DNA of 64,000 bases from Candidatus Nomurabacteria bacterium. GTDB lineage: Bacteria > Patescibacteriota > Minisyncoccia > Phycocordibacterales > UBA9973. Shown here piece after piece: positions 20,350-32,246 of the stretch (position 1 is the stretch's first letter; each line of letters starts with the position of its first letter). Both the position numbers and the translations under genes were made by a program. A model generated the notes under the pieces. That model was not told where the DNA came from, ran no database searches, and saw only the letters and a program-made list of their open reading frames with translations. The stretch is from NCBI GenBank assembly GCA_023267215.1, contig JAHFNS010000001.1, forward strand, positions 239,507 to 303,506. Reading direction: 5' to 3'.

Positions 20350-20658
20350 CTATTTTTTCCTAAATTTGGAATCAATTAATTTATAAACAGTTATAATAAA
20401 ATAAGGAATTATAAGTGCAAATAAATATTCCTCAAGTGGCATTAAACCTATATGTACCCCAAGTATACCCCCCCCTGGAAAAGACCAATGGCCACGCCAA
20501 ATTGCAAATGAATCCCAAATAACACCAAAAAGAAAGAAGAACCCAACAATCTCAAATCTTTCTTTTCTAGATTTGTAAAGATGAATGTGTTTCTTGTTCT
20601 CTAAAAATAAAGCAATAAAAAGTAAAATAATAAGAATTGTTAAATATTCAAAAGACAT
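20350..20658 (-). CDS. Lycopene cyclase domain-containing membrane protein
   Basis: WD..AI.RG.W.F and PLEEYLF motifs; start at MSFEY after TGtTATAAT. Confidence 0.8.
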   Translation of the reverse strand: MSFEYLTILIILLFIALFLENKKHIHLYKSRKERFEIVGFFFLFGVIWDSFAIWRGHWSFPGGGILGVHIGLMPLEEYLFALIIPYFIITVYKLIDSKFRKK

Positions 20659-20671
20659 ACTTTTATTATAA

Positions 20672-20708
20672 CAAAAAACACCTCGTGTTTCCACGAGGTG
20701 TTTTTTTT
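20672..20708 (-). terminator. Intrinsic terminator ending the 16S transcript
   Basis: AAAAAACACCTCGTG-loop-CACGAGGTGTTTTTT. Confidence 0.85.
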
Positions 20709-20981
20709 GCTGTTCTATGTTTTGTTTCGTTCTATAAATCCACTAAAATTTTAAAAAATTTAGGCGGATAAACTTTTTTATTTATTTGTCTTTCCAAATT
20801 GTCTTAGATTTTTAAGTTGTCTTAAACTTCACTTTTCTAGATTGTTGTGATCAAACATTGTGTCGTCAATTGAGCGACACAATACCGACTCAATTAGTTC
20901 AACCTCTCCGAGGTCAGGATACTCCAGTGGAGCATCTCTCAGCTTTGTAAAATAAATTTTACAAAGCTGGAACGGTTTTCA

Positions 20982-22599
<1,618 letters not shown>

Positions 22600-22773
22600 A
22601 GTTTACCCAACACACTTAAATTAAGTGTATGGGTTTATATTAGAACGAAACAAAACAAAAAACAGCAATGTTTTTGTCTTACTTAATCCTAGCTCTAAAA
22701 ATTATTTATACTTACTCAAAAAAACTATTGAGACTTGCTCCCGACTATTCATCGGGGTTCTCAAGTTATTAAC

Positions 22774-22785
22774 TTGTCAAAGATT
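22774..22785 (-). promoter_or_regulatory. rrn boxA-like antitermination site
   Basis: AATCTTTGACAA in the 16S leader, resembling boxA TGCTCTTTAACA. Confidence 0.55.
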
Positions 22786-22827
22786 GAAACAAAAACGCCC
22801 TATCAAATTGGTAGAGACGCTGAGGAG

Positions 22828-22856
22828 AGTATATATCAAGCGATACGCGCTGTCAA
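22828..22856 (-). promoter_or_regulatory. 16S rRNA promoter
   Basis: TTGACA-17 nt-TATACT. Confidence 0.85.
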
Positions 22857-22894
22857 GCACAAAAAATACCCTTATTTGAGGGCATTTTTTGTGC
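22857..22894 (-). terminator. Intrinsic terminator
   Basis: GCACAAAAAATGCCCT-loop-AGGGTATTTTTTGTGC on the minus strand. Confidence 0.75.
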
Positions 22895-22908
22895 TAATCT
22901 ATCTAGTA

Positions 22909-22968
22909 CTATTTTTTAGCCTTTTTGGGTTTCTTTTTTTCTTTTCTATGTCCATCACCTTTTGCCAT
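22909..22968 (-). CDS. 19-aa basic peptide MAKGDGHRKEKKKPKKAKK
   Basis: Read manually; A-rich leader and terminator directly after the stop. Confidence 0.55.
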   Translation of the reverse strand: MAKGDGHRKEKKKPKKAKK

Positions 22969-22997
22969 AAAATTTTTTTGTTAATTGATAATATTTT

Positions 22998-25718
22998 TTA
23001 TTTTAATAAAGCTTTGCTAGTTGCAGGACCTAGCAATCCATCTACTGTAAGTCCATTTCCAGCCTGAAATTTTTTAAGAGCCATTTGAGTGGCATAACCA
23101 AAATATTCTGTCTCTTGGCCTACCTCCACTCCTTCGATTTTAAAACCTTTTTCATTTAATAATTTCTGAAGACATTTAACTTCAGAATCGTTTATCCCTT
23201 TACTTAAAATTTTAGTAAACTCAGAGCAACTTGATGCTTCTACATTTGTATTTATATTTGTTTGTGAATTTTTTTCATCATTATTTGTTGCACTACCGAA
23301 AGCATCTAACGCATTTGCTGTTAACGAACTAAAAATTGAATTTTTGCTTGCAGTTGTTCCGGATGTTGAATTTATTTTTACCGTCAAATTTATTTTTGGA
23401 CTTCCACTGTTGTTAGAACCTACTGCCATAAACGTCAGATTATATGTCCCAGCGGCAAAATATGAGTGAGTAAATATTGCTGTAGATTGAGTAGTACTCG
23501 ATGGCAAAATTAGACAAGAAGTATCTGTTGGACATTGAGCCCCAGCGTCTCCCCAATCGACTATATATGTAAGAGTTGCACCACTTGAACTAGAAGCATT
23601 TATTGTCCAAGTGCCTGTTTGATTTACATTTAAGGTTTGCGGACCAGAAATATTATAAATCGTTACGGTTCCACTAGAAACGACAGGAAGATTAATTGGA
23701 TTAGAAGGAGTTGTGATTGGAGTTGGAGTTGGAGAAGTAACAGTAAAGTAATTATCACTTGAATCTAAGATATCATAATTATATTTAAGAAGAATTTTTA
23801 CTTTATATTGACCAGGTGCTAAATTTTTCGATAAAGTAAAAGATTCTACTCCATCATTTGGTGTCCCGTCCGGACCAGTTAATTCATATCCATCAAAATA
23901 AATAGTATTCCCTGTATTGTTTAAAACGATTACAACTTTTTGATTGTCAGTTGAAATATTTGGTGAATTCCATTTCACAGTTATCATGTCTCCTGCTTTA
24001 TAAGTCTCTCCACCATTTGGCGAAAGAACATTTATAGAAGGAGTTGTTGTGGTCGTTGGAGTTGTGATAGGAGGAACAGTTCCACAAGACAATCCGTTTC
24101 TCTGCATCAAAAGTGAAGCATCGTAGGAAGAGACACTCCCGTTGCCATCTATATCTGCTCGTGATTTTTGATCAGTTGTGAGATTACCATTTACAGCTGC
24201 ATTTAAAATCATATTCACATCAGTGCAAGTGATAGAACCATCACCGTTTACGTCACCAAGCAAAGTTGAGACTGGTTTAACACATCTAAATGTATTACAT
24301 CCATCTGCTCCTGTGTAAGATTCTGGTGCTGTTCCAGCAGAACAACTGACAAAAATTTGTGGACAAGCTGGAGTTGAAGGAGTTGTTGCTCCACAAGTTA
24401 AACCATATCTTTGCATCAAGAGTGAAGAATCATATGCTTGTACACTCCCATTGCCATCTACATCTGCTCTTGATTTTTGGTCAACAGTTAAAGTTTTGTT
24501 CCCAACCACTGCATCTAAAATCATTTGATTATCTGTACAGGTAATAGAACCATCACCGTTTACATCACCAATTGATAAACTTGGAATTGGGGTCGTCCCA
24601 CCCACAGTCACAGTAAAATTACTTGAATTGATTCCACCTTTACAATCCGAAACTGTAACTTTTGCATTATATGTCCCTGCTTTATTCCAAACATGATTTG
24701 CATTATATGTCCAATTCTTTTTTTCTTGTAAATTTATATTTCCCATCGGACAAATCATACTGACGGCAGTTCCTTCACCCCAATCCGTTGACCAAATTAG
24801 ATTATCATTATCTGCGTCAGTAGCATTAAAAACAAAACTGACCGACTGACCAGTGTTTACATTTGAAGGGACTACAAAAGAACCAATAACAGGATTGTTA
24901 TTTGTTGGCACCGCTACACCAACTACATTTACCGTCAAACTCGTCTGTGCACTTCCTCCATTGCCAGGACATGGAGTTGTAATACATCTTATTGTATTTT
25001 CACTTGTCACTGTAAATACTGGCGTATATGTTCCTATTTGGGAATAAGTATGAGTGAAAGTTGCTGTTTGAGATTGCGGTTGTATTAAGGAATTTCCTTT
25101 TAAAATATCTGTAGAATAAACATCTCCCCAATTTACAGAATATGTAAGATTCCCGCCATTCGAGCTAGAAGCATTTATTGTCCACGTACCCATTTGATTT
25201 ACATTTAATGTTTGCGAACCAGAGACACTAGAAATAACTGGACCAGTTGAAGAAGTAGTACATTTATATGAAGTCGTACAATTATTTACACCTATGACTG
25301 GCTCTATTTTCCCATTAGGACAAAAATTTGGAGCTGGTTGTGTAATAGCTGGACAAATAATTGGAGTCACCCCACTACATCCACTCACACTTGATATTTT
25401 CGCTCTCGTTATTGGACCCACATATCCACTATTTAAAATACCAACTTTTGTTTGAAATGATTTCACAGCTATTTGAGTTAACAAACCAAAATAACCAGTT
25501 GGTTCTGAATTAAGATATCCTTGTGATTGTAAAAAATCTTGCAGAGTAGAAACATCTCCGCTGGTATTTATATCGCGGGAACGATATTGAAGATTGTGAG
25601 TAATAGAAGCACAAGATGAAGTTTGGTCTGGATTAACATCTCCAGTAATTTGTGCAAACGAAAAACCTGGAACTAATAGAACTCCAGCAAGAAACAAAAC
25701 GATAATATATTTCTTCAT
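22998..25718 (-). CDS. Large surface protein: peptidoglycan-binding domains at both ends, PKD-like repeats, two dockerin-like domains
   Basis: LQDFL..GYFG.LT..AV..FQ PG-binding motifs; WGD..HTY PKD motifs; two GDVNGDGSITCTD..D(V/I)DGNGSV..YD repeats; start at MKKYII. Confidence 0.8.
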   Translation of the reverse strand: MKKYIIVLFLAGVLLVPGFSFAQITGDVNPDQTSSCASITHNLQYRSRDINTSGDVSTLQDFLQSQGYLNSEPTGYFGLLTQIAVKSFQTKVGILNSGYVGPITRAKISSVSGCSGVTPIICPAITQPAPNFCPNGKIEPVIGVNNCTTSYKCTTSSTGPVISSVSGSQTLNVNQMGTWTINASSSNGGNLTYSVNWGDVYSTDILKGNSLIQPQSQTATFTHTYSQIGTYTPVFTVTSENTIRCITTPCPGNGGSAQTSLTVNVVGVAVPTNNNPVIGSFVVPSNVNTGQSVSFVFNATDADNDNLIWSTDWGEGTAVSMICPMGNINLQEKKNWTYNANHVWNKAGTYNAKVTVSDCKGGINSSNFTVTVGGTTPIPSLSIGDVNGDGSITCTDNQMILDAVVGNKTLTVDQKSRADVDGNGSVQAYDSSLLMQRYGLTCGATTPSTPACPQIFVSCSAGTAPESYTGADGCNTFRCVKPVSTLLGDVNGDGSITCTDVNMILNAAVNGNLTTDQKSRADIDGNGSVSSYDASLLMQRNGLSCGTVPPITTPTTTTTPSINVLSPNGGETYKAGDMITVKWNSPNISTDNQKVVIVLNNTGNTIYFDGYELTGPDGTPNDGVESFTLSKNLAPGQYKVKILLKYNYDILDSSDNYFTVTSPTPTPITTPSNPINLPVVSSGTVTIYNISGPQTLNVNQTGTWTINASSSSGATLTYIVDWGDAGAQCPTDTSCLILPSSTTQSTAIFTHSYFAAGTYNLTFMAVGSNNSGSPKINLTVKINSTSGTTASKNSIFSSLTANALDAFGSATNNDEKNSQTNINTNVEASSCSEFTKILSKGINDSEVKCLQKLLNEKGFKIEGVEVGQETEYFGYATQMALKKFQAGNGLTVDGLLGPATSKALLK

Positions 25719-25823
25719 ATTTTTATTCCCTAGTTTTTCTCTAGAGAAATTATTTAATAAACTTAATAATAAAAATTTAATAAAATTATACTTCTGTTGA
25801 TATATATCTGTCAAGAATAGTTT

Positions 25824-26936
25824 TTATTTCCCCAATATAATAGCTACGATATCTGGAAAATGTTCTGTATAGTCGCCAAATATTTGTTCTCCAAAAGCAT
25901 CTACTTCAAATTTCTCCCAAGTTATCTTTTCTTTAAACCCAGCTCCAGAATATGAACCGAAGCTCATTGGTGATGAATGTATTTCGATGAATCCTGCCCA
26001 TGAACGCACGACTTTCTCTTGCACTTCTTCTGTTTCTTCAAAAAGAAAATCTTTCTTAATGTGAGGAACGACACAAATAGGAAAATCTGCAGCGATACCT
26101 CCACCTAATTGCAAGAAGGCTAAACCTTTTTCTTTTGTATTGTCCATATACCATTCAGCAAGTCTATGCATGTAACGGAATGAATGATGAACGACATCAG
26201 GACTTATTGGTTTTTCTAATTTATATTTGGCCAGTAATGGATGATCACCATCGTAGCAAGCATGAGTGAAAATATTTCCCATGGTTGAATCTTCTGCTCC
26301 TGGAACAAAAACTGGAATTTTATTTAAGTACGCTTGATAGAGCCAGCATTCATCTGGATTGGCTGTCGGGTCAAACTTTATAAGTTTTCTTTCGAAAAGT
26401 TGGAAGAAATATTCATGCCACAAAAGAGGCTTGTTGTTTTCTTCTGCCTCACGCCACAATTTTTCTAATTCTGGTAGGACGACTCGGACTGATTCATCTT
26501 CTGGTAAAAATGTATCTGTGATTCTGCGAAGTCCTGCCCGAGCCAATTCTTTTTCTTCTTGTCTAGTGAGCTCGACATAGTCTGGAATGTAAGCATAATG
26601 ACTATTCGCCACGAGTCTATATAAACTTTCTTCCATATTTGCTCCTGTGACAGAAATGGCTGCTATCTTTCCAGCTCTGATGAGTTCAGATATCATGATA
26701 CCTTGTTGAAAAGAAGAACCTGCTCCAGACATAGTCAAAAATATTTTACCTCCGTTGTCTGTATGCTTCTTTAACCATAGTCCTGCATTGATGGTCTTTC
26801 CACCATTGCAATGTCTTTTCGTATCGACAAGCCAGTTTGTAATAGGTGTCTTAGGATCAGGCTTATAATCTCTCTCCCCCATAAAAATTTTAGCTTGTAA
26901 TTCCTTACTTAATGTAGATATTTTTTGTTGTGACAT
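25824..26936 (-). CDS. Deoxyhypusine synthase-like protein
   Basis: SVTGANMEES, PG.EDSTMGN, GGGIAADFPICVVP, GSYSGA..EKITW.K. Confidence 0.85.
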   Translation of the reverse strand: MSQQKISTLSKELQAKIFMGERDYKPDPKTPITNWLVDTKRHCNGGKTINAGLWLKKHTDNGGKIFLTMSGAGSSFQQGIMISELIRAGKIAAISVTGANMEESLYRLVANSHYAYIPDYVELTRQEEKELARAGLRRITDTFLPEDESVRVVLPELEKLWREAEENNKPLLWHEYFFQLFERKLIKFDPTANPDECWLYQAYLNKIPVFVPGAEDSTMGNIFTHACYDGDHPLLAKYKLEKPISPDVVHHSFRYMHRLAEWYMDNTKEKGLAFLQLGGGIAADFPICVVPHIKKDFLFEETEEVQEKVVRSWAGFIEIHSSPMSFGSYSGAGFKEKITWEKFEVDAFGEQIFGDYTEHFPDIVAIILGK

Positions 26937-26973
26937 AATTTAGTATTATACAAAATTAAAGATAATAAATACA

Positions 26974-27075
26974 ACCCCCGATATCCCCCTTGTCAGGGGG
27001 CTTTTTGTTAAAGTTTGTTCTGTATTGCATTTTCCACCTCTCCTTGTAAAGGAGAGGGGGCTAGGGGGTGAGGTG
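26974..27075. repeat. GC-rich palindromic element(s) between DHS and secG
   Basis: CCCCCTTGTCAGGGGG (degenerate) and CCTCTCCTTGTAAAGGAGAGGGGGCTAGGGGGTGAGGTG. Confidence 0.8.
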
Positions 27076-27112
27076 AATTGCTTTTTCTTCTATTTTATGT
27101 AATACTATCCCC

Positions 27113-27352
27113 ATGCAATTAGTAGCTAAAATATTGCCATATGCGCAAATAATACTTTCTGTAGTTTTAGTGACTGCTATATTACTTCAACAATCCGGCT
27201 CTGATACAGGAGGTGCCCTAGGAGGAAGTGGTGAATCTTTTCATCATACCCGTCGAGGCTTTGAAAGATTTCTTTTTTATCTATCTATAGTTTGTGGAAT
27301 TCTTTTTACTTTGTCCGCTTTCTTAGCTATAATAATAAAAGCAAAGAGCTAG
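27113..27352 (+). CDS. secG: Preprotein translocase SecG
   Basis: ILLQQSG..GGALGG..HTRRGFERFL, two TMs. Confidence 0.9.
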   Translation: MQLVAKILPYAQIILSVVLVTAILLQQSGSDTGGALGGSGESFHHTRRGFERFLFYLSIVCGILFTLSAFLAIIIKAKS

Positions 27353-27379
27353 ACCTACCTTCCTTTAAATTTAAGTTTT

Positions 27380-29131
27380 ATGGAAAATTTTTACAATCGT
27401 ATACGTAATTTATTGCCGTCAAAAAGCGAAATAAAGAAAGCCATCTCTCATTTTTCAAAAAGAGAGTATTTTGTTTTTCTCGGTCTAGTGATCATCTTTT
27501 GTATAAGCATATTGTTGATACTTGAAAGTGTAAACAAATCTTTTATGGTCTCCGTGCCTTTAAAAGGAGGTTCGATAACTGAAGGTATTGTGGGCACTCC
27601 TCGTTTTATTAATCCAATACTCGCCTATTCTGATGTAGATCAAGATTTGGTATCACTCATTTATTCTGGATTAATGAGAAAAAATACTGATGATACTCTT
27701 GCTCCTGATTTAGCTTTAAAATATGAAGTATCGAAAGATGGGCTTACTTATACTTTTACATTAAGAAATAATATATATTTTCACGACGGAAAAGAGATTA
27801 CAGCTGATGATGTAATTTTTACTATAAACAAAACAAAAGATGGAACTACTAAAAGTCCTAAAAAGGGAAATTGGGATGGGGTGAGTGTAGAAAAAATTGA
27901 TCAAAAAACAATTAAATTTATATTAAAACAACCCTATGCTTCATTTTTAGAAAACACAACTTTAGGCATAATGCCAGCTTATCTTTGGAATAGTTTACCA
28001 ATTGAATTGAATGATGCCAATACGCAACCAATCGGTTCCGGACCCTTTAAAGTTTCTAAGGTAAGCAAACAATCTGGAGGATTAATAGATTATTATGATT
28101 TAATACCTTTTGATAAATTTAATTTAGGTGAACCATATATTAAAACATTTACTTTACGTTTTTATTCAAATGAAGAAAATTTAATGTCAGCGCTTTTGAA
28201 AGGTGAAGTAGATCAAATAAGTTCTATCACCCCTCTTAATGCTGAAATTTTGAAAAATAAAAATTATCGAATAGAATCTCTCACCCTTCCTCGAGTTTTT
28301 GGACTCTTTTTTAACCAAAATCAAAATCAAATTTTTACCGATAAAAAAGTAATTGAAGCCATAAATTTAACTATCAATAAAGAACAAATCGTGAAAAATG
28401 TACTTTTAGGATACGGTGTCGTTATAAATGATCCGATACCCCCCAACATGATTAATTACCAAAAATTAAATAAAGAAAATAATACTTCTTATGAAGAAAA
28501 TATAAAAAAAGCTGAAGATATTTTAGACAAAGATGGATGGAAAAAAGGAGAAGATGGAATTTTGCAAAAAACTATCATTGACAAAAAAAAGAAAAAGACG
28601 ACAACTTACTTAGAATTTTCTATTTCTACGGGTAATGCCCCAGAACTCGCCAATACTGCTCTATTAATTAAAAAAGATTTAGAGAATATTGGAATGAGGA
28701 TAAATGTAAAAACTTTTGAGATCGGCAATCTAAATCAAGGAGTCATCCGTCCACGCAAATATGATGCTCTTCTTTTCGGACAAATAATAAATCATGAATC
28801 AGACTTGTTTGCCTTCTGGCATTCTTCTCAAAGAAAAGACCCAGGCCTTAATGTAGCTATGTATACTAACGCTAAAGTAGATAAAATATTAGAAGATGCT
28901 TTTATTACTATCGATGAACAATCTAGAGTTAAAAAATATGCAGAATTTGAAAATGAGATAAGGAAAGATATGCCTGCTATATTTTTATATAGTCCAGACT
29001 TTATTTATGTAATTTCTAAAAATATTCAAGGATTTTCAATCAATCATATAATCACCCCAGGAGACAGATTTTTAAATTCATACCTATGGTATACTAAAAT
29101 CGACAATGTTTGGAAAATATTTTCTAAATAA
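27380..29131 (+). CDS. ABC-type peptide-binding protein (family 5)
   Basis: LIYSGL, FHDGKEITADDV.FT, PIGSGPF. Confidence 0.88.
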   Translation: MENFYNRIRNLLPSKSEIKKAISHFSKREYFVFLGLVIIFCISILLILESVNKSFMVSVPLKGGSITEGIVGTPRFINPILAYSDVDQDLVSLIYSGLMRKNTDDTLAPDLALKYEVSKDGLTYTFTLRNNIYFHDGKEITADDVIFTINKTKDGTTKSPKKGNWDGVSVEKIDQKTIKFILKQPYASFLENTTLGIMPAYLWNSLPIELNDANTQPIGSGPFKVSKVSKQSGGLIDYYDLIPFDKFNLGEPYIKTFTLRFYSNEENLMSALLKGEVDQISSITPLNAEILKNKNYRIESLTLPRVFGLFFNQNQNQIFTDKKVIEAINLTINKEQIVKNVLLGYGVVINDPIPPNMINYQKLNKENNTSYEENIKKAEDILDKDGWKKGEDGILQKTIIDKKKKKTTTYLEFSISTGNAPELANTALLIKKDLENIGMRINVKTFEIGNLNQGVIRPRKYDALLFGQIINHESDLFAFWHSSQRKDPGLNVAMYTNAKVDKILEDAFITIDEQSRVKKYAEFENEIRKDMPAIFLYSPDFIYVISKNIQGFSINHIITPGDRFLNSYLWYTKIDNVWKIFSK

Positions 29132-29160
29132 TTAAACTAATTAAAAATAACCAAAAAACA

Positions 29161-31098
29161 ATGAGAAAAAACAGACTACCTTTCAGTGCTTTAAGCATAG
29201 AACCTGCACATAATAATGTGCATAACAATAATACAGGTTTGGTGAAAAAAGAATTACCAAATCAAAATTCTAGACATCACTCTACAAAAAAACCTATAAA
29301 AAGTTCTACTTATCAATATTCCAAAAAAAATTACGGACAATCTCGAAACAAAAATCATTCATTAAATGACAAAAATAAATACAAAGATATTAATGAAAAT
29401 AAAATTCCTAAAATAGAAGAAGGAGTCGTTCGTATTATTCCGCTCGGTGGCGTAGAAGAAATTGGAAAAAATATGACTGCCATTGAAATCGGTGATGATA
29501 TTATCGTCATTGATGCTGGTATGCATTTTTCCAACGAAGATACGCCAGGAGTAGATTACGTCATTCCAAATACAACATATCTCGAAGAACATAAAGATAA
29601 AATACGTGGACTTTTTATCACTCATGGACACTTGGACCACATAGGAGGAGTACCTTTGGTGCTTTCTCGTATTGGTAATCCACCTGTTTATTCTCGCCAG
29701 CTTTCAATGCTCTTGATGCGAAAACGTCAAGCAGAATTTCCTCAATTACCTCCCATGAAAGAAAATATTGTAGAAAAAGACGAAGTTATTACTTGTGGAA
29801 AAATAAAAATAAGATTTTTTGGTGTTATGCATACAATTCCTGATTCTATGGGAATAATTGTTGAGACAAAAAATGGTTGGATAGTAAATCCAGGAGACTA
29901 TAAATTGGACCAAATAGATGGAATCGTAACACAAATAGAAGAAAAAGAATATTCTATCTTCGATCGTGCAAAAGTTTTGCTCTTGATGACTGATTCCACA
30001 AATATAGAAAATGAGGGTTTTGCTTTGCCTGAAATAAAAGTACATCAAGGATTAGAAAACTTAATAAAAAAAATAAACGGTAGAATAATCATCGCCGCTT
30101 TCGCTTCTCATATCACTCGACTAGCTCATATAATAAAAGTTGCAGAGTCTCTCGGTAAAAAAGTAGCATTTGACGGTCGTTCAATGAAAACGAACATAGA
30201 TGTTGCAATAGAAACTGGATTTTTAACACTTAAAAAAGGTACTTTAATACCAATAGAAGAAGCTAAAGATTATCCACCAAATAAAATTGTTGCCCTTATG
30301 ACGGGCGCGCAAGGTGAAGAATTTGCCGCGTTAAATCGTGCTGCTAATAAATCTAATGCAAAATTTTCACTTCAAAAAGGAGACACGATAATACTTTCAG
30401 CTTCTGTTATTCCGGGCAATGAAAGAGCAGTAGTGAGAATGAAAGATGGTTTATCACGACAAGGTGTGAAAATTATTAGTTATCGTACAGCTGGAGAAGA
30501 TTTCGTACATGCTACAGGTCATGGCAACAAAGAAGATATAAAATGGCTTCATAAGAAAACTCATCCTAAATTTTTCATTGCTATTCACGGCAATCATTAT
30601 ATGTTAGAACTTCACAAAGAACTAGCTGTTGATCTTGGGATGTCAGAAAAAAATGTTATTGTACCAGACAATGGTTCAGTTATTGAAATTTCAGCTGATG
30701 GAGAAAAAATAAATATAAGAAAGGAAAAAGCACCAAGTGCTCCAATGATGGTAGATGGACTCTCAATTTCAGATCTACAAGACGTTGTAATTAGAGACAG
30801 ACAAATGCTCGCCCAAGATGGAATGTTTGTCATCATTGCACTCATTGATCAAAAAACAGGAAAATTAAAAAAATCCCCCGACCTTATATCTCGTGGTTTC
30901 GTTTATTTGAAAGAAAACCAAGAACTTTTACGCCAAGTACGAATCATTATTAAAAAAGGAGTGGAAGATGTAGCTGTAAAAAATAACGTAGTTGATCTTG
31001 ACCATATCAAAGCAAATCTAGGAGAGACTGTTTCAAAATTCTTATATCAAAAAACAGCCAAAAGACCATTAGTTATACCAGTAGTATTGAGTATATGA
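29161..31098 (+). CDS. rnj: Ribonuclease J
   Basis: PLGGVEEIGKNM, HGHLDHIG, TGAQGE, HATGHG. Confidence 0.95.
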   Translation: MRKNRLPFSALSIEPAHNNVHNNNTGLVKKELPNQNSRHHSTKKPIKSSTYQYSKKNYGQSRNKNHSLNDKNKYKDINENKIPKIEEGVVRIIPLGGVEEIGKNMTAIEIGDDIIVIDAGMHFSNEDTPGVDYVIPNTTYLEEHKDKIRGLFITHGHLDHIGGVPLVLSRIGNPPVYSRQLSMLLMRKRQAEFPQLPPMKENIVEKDEVITCGKIKIRFFGVMHTIPDSMGIIVETKNGWIVNPGDYKLDQIDGIVTQIEEKEYSIFDRAKVLLLMTDSTNIENEGFALPEIKVHQGLENLIKKINGRIIIAAFASHITRLAHIIKVAESLGKKVAFDGRSMKTNIDVAIETGFLTLKKGTLIPIEEAKDYPPNKIVALMTGAQGEEFAALNRAANKSNAKFSLQKGDTIILSASVIPGNERAVVRMKDGLSRQGVKIISYRTAGEDFVHATGHGNKEDIKWLHKKTHPKFFIAIHGNHYMLELHKELAVDLGMSEKNVIVPDNGSVIEISADGEKINIRKEKAPSAPMMVDGLSISDLQDVVIRDRQMLAQDGMFVIIALIDQKTGKLKKSPDLISRGFVYLKENQELLRQVRIIIKKGVEDVAVKNNVVDLDHIKANLGETVSKFLYQKTAKRPLVIPVVLSI

Positions 31099-32243
31099 AG
31101 CATAACAGAAAAATAATATATTTAGCAGGATTTTTATTTTCCATTCCCATAGCTCTCACCTCTTATATAAATTCTAGTTTTTTGGAAAATTACATTGATA
31201 AAAATTATATCGGTGTTATCTACATAATTGCATCAATTTTGACCATCTTGGGCTTACTAAAAATGCCCAAACTTTTAACCTACCTTGGAAATCGTTCAAC
31301 AATTATTTTGTTTTCTTTTTTAATCTTTCTTTCGCTTATTTTATTAGCATTTGGAAATACAGTTTTTACTATTCTCTCAGCTTTTATTGTCTATTTTATT
31401 TCTATCAATTTTGTTATTGCTTCTCTTGATATTTTTATTGAAGATTTCTCTAAAAATTCCCCCATCGGCTCACTTCGAGGATTTTATTTGACAGTTATAA
31501 ACCTTGCCTGGGTTATTGCTCAATTTATTTCTGGTTCAATTATTGATAAAAGTTCTTTTCTAGGTCTTTATCTATTTAGTTCATTGTTTATGGTTTTAGT
31601 TTTGTTTATTTTCATAGTATTTTTACATGATTTTAAAGATCCAGAATACAAAAAGATATCTACCTTGAAAACAATAAAAACTTTTATTCAGAGCAAACAT
31701 CTCTCAAAAATATATTTTATAAATTTTATTATAAAATTTTTTTACTCTTGGATGGTCGTTTATACACCTATTTATTTACATGAATATATGGGTTTTAATT
31801 GGGATAAAATTGGTATAATTTTTGGAATTATGCTTTTACCTTTTGTTATTTTAGATTTTCCTTTGGGTAAACTCTCAGATAAAATCGGTGAGAAAAAAAT
31901 GCTTTTTATTGGTTTTTTAATTATAATTTTTTCTGTTTTGATAATTCCTTTTATTAAAGAATCCATACTTTGGATTTGGGCTTCAATTCTTTTTGCGACA
32001 CGTATGGGTGCAGCCACGATTGAGGTAATGAGTGAAAGTTATTTTTTCAAAATAGTAAAAGAAGAAAACGCTGATGAAATCAGTTTCTTCAGAAACACTT
32101 ATCCCCTTTCTTATATCATCGCCCCACTTTTCGCTATCCCTATTTTGCTATTAGTACCTTCTTTTAAATATCTCTTCTTCGTTTTAGGTGCAGTATTACT
32201 CGTAGGATTCTTCATCACCCTACGAGTAAAAGATGTAAAATAA
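31095..32243 (+). CDS. MFS transporter
   Basis: About 12 TMs, PLGKLSDKIGEK motif A. Confidence 0.85.
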   Translation: MKHNRKIIYLAGFLFSIPIALTSYINSSFLENYIDKNYIGVIYIIASILTILGLLKMPKLLTYLGNRSTIILFSFLIFLSLILLAFGNTVFTILSAFIVYFISINFVIASLDIFIEDFSKNSPIGSLRGFYLTVINLAWVIAQFISGSIIDKSSFLGLYLFSSLFMVLVLFIFIVFLHDFKDPEYKKISTLKTIKTFIQSKHLSKIYFINFIIKFFYSWMVVYTPIYLHEYMGFNWDKIGIIFGIMLLPFVILDFPLGKLSDKIGEKKMLFIGFLIIIFSVLIIPFIKESILWIWASILFATRMGAATIEVMSESYFFKIVKEENADEISFFRNTYPLSYIIAPLFAIPILLLVPSFKYLFFVLGAVLLVGFFITLRVKDVK

Positions 32244-32246
32244 AAT

